From: Eledone cirrhosa
Lineage: Eukaryota
DNA length: 64,000 nt
Direction of reading: 5' to 3'
NCBI GenBank assembly: GCA_964016885.1
Contig: OZ024741.1
Location: forward strand, 47,368,001-47,432,000
Below are positions 23,701 through 35,949 of this stretch, piece after piece (positions within the stretch are counted from its first letter, which is position 1; each line of letters opens with the position of its first letter). The notes under the pieces were generated by a model, which worked only from the letters and a program-made list of their open reading frames with translations, was not told the origin of the DNA and ran no database searches. Position numbers and translations under genes: made by a program.

Positions 23701-26700
23701 TTCAAAACAAAAAAAAAAAAAAAAAAAAAATTTGATATTTTTTTTAAAAAACATTTCAACAGGAACATTTATTTTCGATGAACCATTGCCTTTTTTTTTT
23801 TCATCGTTTTCTTCATCGTTCAAGTTTTTTTTTTCAAAAGTTCACACCAATAATTATGCTAAGTGAAGCCTTTCTTTTTCATCATTGTCACTTTCACACT
23901 TGCACTATCATTTTCTCGCGCGTTAGAAATATTATTTTTTCAACTTAACTTAACCTTGTATTGGCACGTGTAGGCAGCACAAATTCTCAACTCACGGAGA
24001 TATCTCGACTCACGGAGATAGCCGCACGCCAGAGATAACGTTTCTCGCCAAGGATTCTTCAGCCTTAAGCTATATTCTCCTATTTGCCGGTTTAAAAGTT
24101 TACCACGTAAATTTGCCGTTGAAGACTGCGCATTTATTCAGAATGCTTATTTCTTTGGTCGCTGGCCTCTTGACCCTTCCAGGTCAACGCATTCTCAACA
24201 TCGACCATCAACTTCGGCTGTCATTTCTAGCACTTTGCGCAACTCATTTTTTCCGAAAAAAAATTTTTTTTACTGTGAATTTAAACACCGAATACGCTCA
24301 CTCCGCGAGACAACAACATCAACAGCAACACAGCTTCACCAACAACCAAAACCAGCAGAACAAGCCAGAGAATTTATTTTTGCAGCACTCTTCCTGTGAG
24401 AAAATCCATTCGGAGGTTGGAACTTTCACGATATACCACAGAACAGAAACCACCTGCATTCATTCTCTGGAACACACTTTCTTTCCTGCTGTCATGTGAT
24501 TGCACACCTGTGAACTATATTTTGTACATTTGAACTTTGAGCTCATCTCTTACTTTATTACATTGTATCTTTGGGTGATGGATAGATAGATGTCCAGTCG
24601 TTCTCTGGCCAAGAGCGGTTGGCTACCTTGATATCTATCATTGATTTTTGCAAACATTCTTTTGTCGTAATTTTCATGCCTGTTACAACATTCTCGCCAA
24701 CTTGCTACATATTTCATTCGATTTTTATATTCTAAAATTCTGGCGGGGGGTTATGTAGCAGTTGCCTCCCTTGTTGTGACTCACAACCCCAATAGATTAA
24801 CAACATCTAGACGGGAAGTAGAACCCTTTCTGTAACTTCCGGTCAGAACCCTATAAAACTAACAACTTTAAGTTCTCACTCTCTCATTTGCCCTTCCGGC
24901 GCCTGGCCTTCGCCAGGCGTCTTCTGCCAGCCACGTTTGCCTGGCAATCAAAACGGTAACTACTAACTTTGCTTCATTCTTTCGTTTATTCATTGACATG
25001 TCAACTATACTGTTAAATTGTTGATTAAATATTATACACACAAACCATGTCTCCTTGTTACATTCATACACGCTAGTATCCTCACCAAAATTGGTAACCC
25101 TGACATGATACGAACACGCAGCCGTTCATTGTTATAAGTGGTCCCCCCCCCCAAAAAAAAATACCAGAATCTGGTGTTGTGTGAGTAACATTACGAATAC
25201 ACAGCAAATTTATTGACAAACTATGAAAATACTCAGTCAACGAAACGAACACACCACGCACATGTGAAATTCGCGTTCAGACAGACTTTTTCTCTCACGC
25301 ATCAACTAACTGTCGCATTTCACGATATATATATATATATATGTTTCTCGTTTCTTACAACGAACACTTTCAAAACAAAAAAAAAAAAAAAAAAAAAATT
25401 TGATATTTTTTTTAAAAAACATTTCAACAGGAACATTTATTTTCGATGAACCATTGCCTTTTTTTTTTTCATCGTTTTCTTCATCGTTCAAGTTTTTTTT
25501 TTCAAAAGTTCACACCAATAATTATGCTAAGTGAAGCCTTTCTTTTTCATCATTGTCACTTTCACACTTGCACTATCATTTTCTCGCGCGTTAGAAATAT
25601 TATTTTTTCAACTTAACTTAACCTTGTATTGGCACGTGTAGGCAGCACAAATTCTCAACTCACGGAGATATCTCGACTCACGGAGATAGCCGCACGCCAG
25701 AGATAACGTTTCTCGCCAAGGATTCTTCAGCCTTAAGCTATATTCTCCTATTTGCCGGTTTAAAAGTTTACCACGTAAATTTGCCGTTGAAGACTGCGCA
25801 TTTATTCAGAATGCTTATTTCTTTGGTCGCTGGCCTCTTGACCCTTCCAGGTCAACGCATTCTCAACATCGACCATCAACTTCGGCTGTCATTTCTAGCA
25901 CTTTGCGCAACTCATTTTTTCCGAAAAAAAATTTTTTTTACTGTGAATTTAAACACCGAATACGCTCACTCCGCGAGACAACAACATCAACAGCAACACA
26001 GCTTCACCAACAACCAAAACCAGCAGAACAAGCCAGAGAATTTATTTTTGCAGCACTCTTCCTGTGAGAAAATCCATTCGGAGGTTGGAACTTTCACGAT
26101 ATACCACAGAACAGAAACCACCTGCATTCATTCTCTGGAACACACTTTCTTTCCTGCTGTCATGTGATTGCACACCTGTGAACTATATTTTGTACATTTG
26201 AACTTTGAGCTCATCTCTTACTTTATTACATTGTATCTTTGGGTGATGGATAGATAGATGTCCAGTCGTTCTCTGGCCAAGAGCGGTTGGCTACCTTGAT
26301 ATCTATCATTGATTTTTGCAAACATTCTTTTGTCGTAATTTTCATGCCTGTTACAACATTCTCGCCAACTTGCTACATATTTCATTCGATTTTTATATTC
26401 TAAAATTCTGGCGGGGGGTTATGTAGCAGTTGCCTCCCTTGTTGTGACTCACAACCCCAATAGATTAACAACATCTAGACGGGAAGTAGAACCCTTTCTG
26501 TAACTTCCGGTCAGAACCCTATAAAACTAACAACTTTAAGTTCTCACTCTCTCATTTGCCCTTCCGGCGCCTGGCCTTCGCCAGGCGTCTTCTGCCAGCC
26601 ACGTTTGCCTGGCAATCAAAACGGTAACTACTAACTTTGCTTCATTCTTTCGTTTATTCATTGACATGTCAACTATACTGTTAAATTGTTGATTAAATAT

Positions 26701-29700
26701 TATACACACAAACCATGTCTCCTTGTTACATTCATACACGCTAGTATCCTCACCAAAATTGGTAACCCTGACATGATACGAACACGCAGCCGTTCATTGT
26801 TATAAGTGGTCCCCCCCCCCAAAAAAAATACCAGAATCTGGTGTTGTGTGAGTAACATTACGAATACACAGCAAATTTATTGACAAACTATGAAAATACT
26901 CAGTCAACGAAACGAACACACCACGCACATGTGAAATTCGCGTTCAGACAGACTTTTTCTCTCACGCATCAACTAACTGTCGCATTTCACGATATATATA
27001 TATATATGTTTCTCGTTTCTTACAACGAACACTTTCAAAACAAAAAAAAAAAAAAAAAAAAAATTTGATATTTTTTTTAAAAAACATTTCAACAGGAACA
27101 TTTATTTTCGATGAACCATTGCCTTTTTTTTTTTCATCGTTTTCTTCATCGTTCAAGTTTTTTTTTTCAAAAGTTCACACCAATAATTATGCTAAGTGAA
27201 GCCTTTCTTTTTCATCATTGTCACTTTCACACTTGCACTATCATTTTCTCGCGCGTTAGAAATATTATTTTTTCAACTTAACTTAACCTTGTATTGGCAC
27301 GTGTAGGCAGCACAAATTCTCAACTCACGGAGATATCTCGACTCACGGAGATAGCCGCACGCCAGAGATAACGTTTCTCGCCAAGGATTCTTCAGCCTTA
27401 AGCTATATTCTCCTATTTGCCGGTTTAAAAGTTTACCACGTAAATTTGCCGTTGAAGACTGCGCATTTATTCAGAATGCTTATTTCTTTGGTCGCTGGCC
27501 TCTTGACCCTTCCAGGTCAACGCATTCTCAACATCGACCATCAACTTCGGCTGTCATTTCTAGCACTTTGCGCAACTCATTTTTTCCGAAAAAAAATTTT
27601 TTTTACTGTGAATTTAAACACCGAATACGCTCACTCCGCGAGACAACAACATCAACAGCAACACAGCTTCACCAACAACCAAAACCAGCAGAACAAGCCA
27701 GAGAATTTATTTTTGCAGCACTCTTCCTGTGAGAAAATCCATTCGGAGGTTGGAACTTTCACGATATACCACAGAACAGAAACCACCTGCATTCATTCTC
27801 TGGAACACACTTTCTTTCCTGCTGTCATGTGATTGCACACCTGTGAACTATATTTTGTACATTTGAACTTTGAGCTCATCTCTTACTTTATTACATTGTA
27901 TCTTTGGGTGATGGATAGATAGATGTCCAGTCGTTCTCTGGCCAAGAGCGGTTGGCTACCTTGATATCTATCATTGATTTTTGCAAACATTCTTTTGTCG
28001 TAATTTTCATGCCTGTTACAACATTCTCGCCAACTTGCTACATATTTCATTCGATTTTTATATTCTAAAATTCTGGCGGGGGGTTATGTAGCAGTTGCCT
28101 CCCTTGTTGTGACTCACAACCCCAATAGATTAACAACATCTAGACGGGAAGTAGAACCCTTTCTGTAACTTCCGGTCAGAACCCTATAAAACTAACAACT
28201 TTAAGTTCTCACTCTCTCATTTGCCCTTCCGGCGCCTGGCCTTCGCCAGGCGTCTTCTGCCAGCCACGTTTGCCTGGCAATCAAAACGGTAACTACTAAC
28301 TTTGCTTCATTCTTTCGTTTATTCATTGACATGTCAACTATACTGTTAAATTGTTGATTAAATATTATACACACAAACCATGTCTCCTTGTTACATTCAT
28401 ACACGCTAGTATCCTCACCAAAATTGGTAACCCTGACATGATACGAACACGCAGCCGTTCATTGTTATAAGTGGTCCCCCCCCCCCCCCCAAAAAAAATA
28501 CCAGAATCTGGTGTTGTGTGAGTAACATTACGAATACACAGCAAATTTATTGACAAACTATGAAAATACTCAGTCAACGAAACGAACACACCACGCACAT
28601 GTGAAATTCGCGTTCAGACAGACTTTTTCTCTCACGCATCAACTAACTGTCGCATTTCACGATATATATATATATATGTTTCTCGTTTCTTACAACGAAC
28701 ACTTTCAAAACGAAAAAAAAAAAAAAAAAAAATTTGATATTTTTTTAAAAAAACATTTCAACAGGAACATTTATTTTCGATGAACCATTGCCTTTTTTTT
28801 TTTCATCGTTTTCTTCATCGTTCAAGTTTTTTTTTTCAAAAGTTCACACCAATAATTATGCTAAGTGAAGCCTTTCTTTTTCATCATTGTCACTTTCACA
28901 CTTGCACTATCATTTTCTCGCGCGTTAGAAATATTATTTTTTCAACTTAACTTAACCTTGTATTGGCACGTGTAGGCAGCACAAATTCTCAACTCACGGA
29001 GATATCTCGACTCACGGAGATAGCCGCACGCCAGAGATAACGTTTCTCGCCAAGGATTCTTCAGCCTTAAGCTATATTCTCCTATTTGCCGGTTTAAAAG
29101 TTTACCACGTAAATTTGCCGTTGAAGACTGCGCATTTATTCAGAATGCTTATTTCTTTGGTCGCTGGCCTCTTGACCCTTCCAGGTCAACGCATTCTCAA
29201 CATCGACCATCAACTTCGGCTGTCATTTCTAGCACTTTGCGCAACTCATTTTTTCCGAAAAAAAATTTTTTTTACTGTGAATTTAAACACCGAATACGCT
29301 CACTCCGCGAGACAACAACATCAACAGCAACACAGCTTCACCAACAACCAAAACCAGCAGAACAAGCCAGAGAATTTATTTTTGCAGCACTCTTCCTGTG
29401 AGAAAATCCATTCGGAGGTTGGAACTTTCACGATATACCACAGAACAGAAACCACCTGCATTCATTCTCTGGAACACACTTTCTTTCCTGCTGTCATGTG
29501 ATTGCACACCTGTGAACTATATTTTGTACATTTGAACTTTGAGCTCATCTCTTACTTTATTACATTGTATCTTTGGGTGATGGATAGATAGATGTCCAGT
29601 CGTTCTCTGGCCAAGAGCGGTTGGCTACCTTGATATCTATCATTGATTTTTGCAAACATTCTTTTGTCGTAATTTTCATGCCTGTTACAACATTCTCGCC

Positions 29701-32700
29701 AACTTGCTACATATTTCATTCGATTTTTATATTCTAAAATTCTGGCGGGGGGTTATGTAGCAGTTGCCTCCCTTGTTGTGACTCACAACCCCAATAGATT
29801 AACAACATCTAGACGGGAAGTAGAACCCTTTCTGTAACTTCCGGTCAGAACCCTATAAAACTAACAACTTTAAGTTCTCACTCTCTCATTTGCCCTTCCG
29901 GCGCCTGGCCTTCGCCAGGCGTCTTCTGCCAGCCACGTTTGCCTGGCAATCAAAACGGTAACTACTAACTTTGCTTCATTCTTTCGTTTATTCATTGACA
30001 TGTCAACTATACTGTTAAATTGTTGATTAAATATTATACACACAAACCATGTCTCCTTGTTACATTCATACACGCTAGTATCCTCACCAAAATTGGTAAC
30101 CCTGACATGATACGAACACGCAGCCGTTCATTGTTATAAGTGGTCCCCCCCCCCCCCAAAAAAAAATACCAGAATCTGGTGTTGTGTGAGTAACATTACG
30201 AATACACAGCAAATTTATTGACAAACTATGAAAATACTCAGTCAACGAAACGAACACACCACGCACATGTGAAATTCGCGTTCAGACAGACTTTTTCTCT
30301 CACGCATCAACTAACTGTCGCATTTCACGATATATATATATATATGTTTCTCGTTTCTTACAACGAACACTTTCAAAACAAAAAAAAAAAAAAAAAAAAA
30401 AAATTTGATATTTTTTTTAAAAAACATTTCAACAGGAACATTTATTTTCGATGAACCATTGCCTTTTTTTTTTCATCGTTTTCTTCATCGTTCAAGTTTT
30501 TTTTTTCCAAAGTTCACACCAATAATTATGCTAAGTGAAGCCTTTCTTTTTCATCATTGTCACTTTCACACTTGCACTATCATTTTCTCGCGCGTTAGAA
30601 ATATTATTTTTTCAACTTAACTTAACCTTGTATTGGCACGTGTAGGCAGCACAAATTCTCAACTCACGGAGATATCTCGACTCACGGAGATAGCCGCACG
30701 CCAGAGATAACGTTTCTCGCCAAGGATTCTTCAGCCTTAAGCTATATTCTCCTATTTGCCGGTTTAAAAGTTTACCACGTAAATTTGCCGTTGAAGACTG
30801 CGCATTTATTCAGAATGCTTATTTCTTTGGTCGCTGGCCTCTTGACCCTTCCAGGTCAACGCATTCTCAACATCGACCATCAACTTCGGCTGTCATTTCT
30901 AGCACTTTGCGCAACTCATTTTTTCCGAAAAAAAATTTTTTTTACTGTGAATTTAAACACCGAATACGCTCACTCCGCGAGACAACAACATCAACAGCAA
31001 CACAGCTTCACCAACAACCAAAACCAGCAGAACAAGCCAGAGAATTTATTTTTGCAGCACTCTTCCTGTGAGAAAATCCATTCGGAGGTTGGAACTTTCA
31101 CGATATACCACAGAACAGAAACCACCTGCATTCATTCTCTGGAACACACTTTCTTTCCTGCTGTCATGTGATTGCACACCTGTGAACTATATTTTGTACA
31201 TTTGAACTTTGAGCTCATCTCTTACTTTATTACATTGTATCTTTGGGTGATGGATAGATAGATGTCCAGTCGTTCTCTGGCCAAGAGCGGTTGGCTACCT
31301 TGATATCTATCATTGATTTTTGCAAACATTCTTTTGTCGTAATTTTCATGCCTGTTACAACATTCTCGCCAACTTGCTACATATTTCATTCGATTTTTAT
31401 ATTCTAAAATTCTGGCGGGGGGTTATGTAGCAGTTGCCTCCCTTGTTGTGACTCACAACCCCAATAGATTAACAACATCTAGACGGGAAGTAGAACCCTT
31501 TCTGTAACTTCCGGTCAGAACCCTATAAAACTAACAACTTTAAGTTCTCACTCTCTCATTTGCCCTTCCGGCGCCTGGCCTTCGCCAGGCGTCTTCTGCC
31601 AGCCACGTTTGCCTGGCAATCAAAACGGTAACTACTAACTTTGCTTCATTCTTTCGTTTATTCATTGACATGTCAACTATACTGTTAAATTGTTGATTAA
31701 ATATTATACACACAAACCATGTCTCCTTGTTACATTCATACACGCTAGTATCCTCACCAAAATTGGTAACCCTGACATGATACGAACACGCAGCCGTTCA
31801 TTGTTATAAGTGGTCCCCCCCCCCCCCCAAAAAAAAATACCAGAATCTGGTGTTGTGTGAGTAACATTACGAATACACAGCAAATTTATTGACAAACTAT
31901 GAAAATACTCAGTCAACGAAACGAACACACCACGCACATGTGAAATTCGCGTTCAGACAGACTTTTTCTCTCACGCATCAACTAACTGTCGCATTTCACG
32001 ATATATATATATATATGTTTCTCGTTTCTTACAACGAACACTTTCAAAACAGAAAAAAAAAAAAAAAAAAAATTTGATATTTTTTTTAAAAAACATTTCA
32101 ACAGGAACATTTATTTTCGATGAACCATTGCCTTTTTTTTTTTCATCGTTTTCTTCATCGTTCAAGTTTTTTTTTTCAAAAGTTCACACCAATAATTATG
32201 CTAAGTGAAGCCTTTCTTTTTCATCATTGTCACTTTCACACTTGCACTATCATTTTCTCGCGCGTTAGAAATATTATTTTTTCAACTTAACTTAACCTTG
32301 TATTGGCACGTGTAGGCAGCACAAATTCTCAACTCACGGAGATATCTCGACTCACGGAGATAGCCGCACGCCAGAGATAACGTTTCTCGCCAAGGATTCT
32401 TCAGCCTTAAGCTATATTCTCCTATTTGCCGGTTTAAAAGTTTACCACGTAAATTTGCCGTTGAAGACTGCGCATTTATTCAGAATGCTTATTTCTTTGG
32501 TCGCTGGCCTCTTGACCCTTCCAGGTCAACGCATTCTCAACATCGACCATCAACTTCGGCTGTCATTTCTAGCACTTTGCGCAACTCATTTTTTCCGAAA
32601 AAAAATTTTTTTTACTGTGAATTTAAACACCGAATACGCTCACTCCGCGAGACAACAACATCAACAGCAACACAGCTTCACCAACAACCAAAACCAGCAG

Positions 32701-34430
32701 AACAAGCCAGAGAATTTATTTTTGCAGCACTCTTCCTGTGAGAAAATCCATTCGGAGGTTGGAACTTTCACGATATACCACAGAACAGAAACCACCTGCA
32801 TTCATTCTCTGGAACACACTTTCTTTCCTGCTGTCATGTGATTGCACACCTGTGAACTATATTTTGTACATTTGAACTTTGAGCTCATCTCTTACTTTAT
32901 TACATTGTATCTTTGGGTGATGGATAGATAGATGTCCAGTCGTTCTCTGGCCAAGAGCGGTTGGCTACCTTGATATCTATCATTGATTTTTGCAAACATT
33001 CTTTTGTCGTAATTTTCATGCCTGTTACAACATTCTCGCCAACTTGCTACATATTTCATTCGATTTTTATATTCTAAAATTCTGGCGGGGGGTTATGTAG
33101 CAGTTGCCTCCCTTGTTGTGACTCACAACCCCAATAGATTAACAACATCTAGACGGGAAGTAGAACCCTTTCTGTAACTTCCGGTCAGAACCCTATAAAA
33201 CTAACAACTTTAAGTTCTCACTCTCTCATTTGCCCTTCCGGCGCCTGGCCTTCGCCAGGCGTCTTCTGCCAGCCACGTTTGCCTGGCAATCAAAACGGTA
33301 ACTACTAACTTTGCTTCATTCTTTCGTTTATTCATTGACATGTCAACTATACTGTTAAATTGTTGATTAAATATTATACACACAAACCATGTCTCCTTGT
33401 TACATTCATACACGCTAGTATCCTCACCAATAAGGTCATGAGGAGTAGCCAGAGGATGTTTCGCTCTCAGCCGGTTGAGTGACTCTGTAGTGCACTGGGC
33501 GAGGCATGACAGTGAGGAGAGGAGGTGAACAGCCACTTTAATGTCAAATTTATTGAATTTGGCATTGACGGCCTTTTTTAAGTTCGGCGATCAACCATTG
33601 GTTGGAACTGAGTTGATCGCCGACCTGAGATGAACAGTAATTGGGGTTGAATCAAACAACTCAAACTGCCGTTTTAGGGAAGATTAGAGTGATCCGGATT
33701 TCATGTTGGACACGTGGAGGGGGACGAAGGGGAACAAGAATAGTTTCTGCCTATCCAAGATGTTGTTGGATAGGGAGACGTTCTTCAGCAGCTTGGAGAG
33801 AGCACGAGCGAAACTAGACCGAGCTCCCTTTGGGATCCTGTTTATGAGTTTCAACTTAGACAAGTCCCGGAGGGTAGAGGCAAAGTCCTCAACAGAGATC
33901 TGAACATCACAGTTAGGTTCAGACCTGCAAAGGGAATCGGAGCTGAAGTGGCATTAGTTACACGTCCAGTTTGAGAAACTTTCAGCTTGAACCTTAGTAA
34001 TGCCAACGCAGCTCCTGTGGTAGTATTGGCGGCAGGTGTGACATGCAATTGTCTTTAGGTAACGACTGTTTCGGGAGCAGAGGGCGCAGTTTGGTGGTGA
34101 ATTGGCAACATCTGAGGAGTCGACATTAGAATTAGGGTTCAGATGGAGGAAGACGGTGGGGGTAGGTTAACGATAGAGACAGAAGAGGGAACCAAGTGAT
34201 CAGCGTTGCCTCTGGCAGTGGGACTCGGTTGGGGAAGATATGACGTTGGAGGCAAGCTAGCTGTTACAGGAGTGGTGGGGTGGATGAATAGAACTAATTT
34301 CGACAGAATCCGATGATGGGGGTGGGGGGAGGTAGGGGGATGCAAGTTAGCTCCCTTGGAATGAGGCGGGGGTGTTGGGGAAGGGGGGATGAAGACTGAT
34401 AGGATGTGACGAAATCCTTTAACCATGAGG
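20751..34430 (-). mobile_element. CRE-like LINE remnant split by the tandem LTR array (pieces 20751-21408 and 33433-~34430)
   Basis: IPKGARSS and AKHP before the array; GSGAGIDGLRPQHLK, PVAVGCTLRRL, KLDFRNAFN and GVQQGDPL after it. Removing the array plus one AGGT restores the frame ATPHDLLHWPDPP. Confidence 0.85.
21409..33432 (+). mobile_element. Tandem array of a non-autonomous LTR retrotransposon: 8 LTRs (337 bp) alternating with 7 internal regions (~1.33 kb)
   Basis: LTR starts 21409, 23085, 24754, 26422, 28087, 29756, 31426, 33096 (period 1665-1676 bp). Each unit has PBS TGGTAACCCTGACATGAT and PPT GGCGGGGGG. One AGGT TSD at 21405-21408 and 33433-33436. Related to 16341-18725. Confidence 0.96.
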
Positions 34431-35301
34431 GTCTCTTGGTCACTCGGCGCATGACCATAAAATAATTGACATTGTATTTTCTTATTTAGGTACAGGTATG
34501 TATGAAATGCCCAGTCATTTACATGTCAGTTTCATGAGGAGATAAATCGCCTCCACCCTTTTGAAAAGGTGAGTATATAAATCCTGGAAAACTGTAAGTC
34601 CGGTATTGAGAAAAACACACTTCAAATTCACTTTAGTCTCCTTTTACTTGGAACCATGAAAATGTCATTACAAATATAAACTACATTGGTTTTAATCCCC
34701 ACGCTCTTTTTTTACCTATTACTTATTTTGAATTTGTAAAGAAATGTTGAGCCATGCGTTATTGGTACGTTATTTTATCGATATTGTTTTTATTGTCTGA
34801 AGATAGGTAGAAGAAGCAGAAATGGTTGGTATGTAAATACATGTGTATAATGTGTATATACGCATGTATGTGTATACGTATGTTTCTCCCTCTCCCTTTC
34901 TCCCTCCCCCTTTCTCTCTCCCTCTCTCTTTCTCTCTCTCTCTCAGCACAAGAGGAACAGGAAGAGGGGATTTGTTAGTAAGCGTGAGAAAGAGGAGGAG
35001 AAAAAAAAGAGAAATAGATAGCGAAAAAAAGATTTTATTAAAACAATTACGCACAAAGAATCAATACACATAGAGAGATGCTTATGTATAATGCGAATTA
35101 GATTAATTGATATTTAAAAAGTGAAACGAAAAAAGAATGAAATTTTTAGGATCCAATACACATGAATAGAAGCGGGAGAAAAAAACGTTTTACTCTTTCT
35201 TGGGTCTGTTTTGGGTTTTGTTTTTATGTATGAAGGTAGCAACTTTGTAGTCAATAGGGTGACAGATCATATGTCTACTTTGCCTCTTATCCTTTCACCT
35301 C

Positions 35302-35949
35302 TCATCCTGCCTGTGATTCCAAATTCTCAGTCTTATCGATTGATTCAAATCCATTATTGCTCTTATCGATTAATTCCAAATTCTCAGTCTTATCGATTGA
35401 TTCAAATCCATTATTACTCTTATCGATTAATTCCAAATTCTCAGTCTTATCGATTGATTCAGATCCATTATTTCTCTTATCGATTAATTCCAAATTCTCA
35501 GTCTTATCGATTGATTCAAATCCATTATTCTAATTGGTTGATTACAAGTTCTTAGTCTTATCGATTGATTTCAAGTCGTCAATTTTATCGATTGATTCCA
35601 AGTTCTCAGTCTTATCGATTGATTCCAAGTTCTCAACCTTATCGATTGATTCCCTATTTCTACTGGATGATTTTTTCTTATTCAGAATCTGTGATTCTAT
35701 ACTCATAGACTTACTCATTGATTTCTTTGAAGGCAGAACCTGCTCAGTCTTATCGATTAATTTCAAGCTCAAATTTCTACTGTAAATTTTTTTCTTATTC
35801 ATCATCTGTGAGTCTAAACTCTTAGCCTTACTCATTGATTTATTCGTAGTCATCAGAACCTGTTTAATATTATCGGTTGATTCCAAGTTCTCAGACTTAT
35901 CGATTGATTCCAAGTTCTCAGACTTATCGATTGATTCCAAGTTCTCAGA
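35302..35949 (-). pseudogene. In-frame continuation of the repeat ORF beyond two nonsense codons
   Basis: ORFs 35542-35940 and 35302-35493 are in the same frame as 35950-38250; the stops are single-base changes of repeat codons (AAG to TAG, GAA to TAA). Confidence 0.6.
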
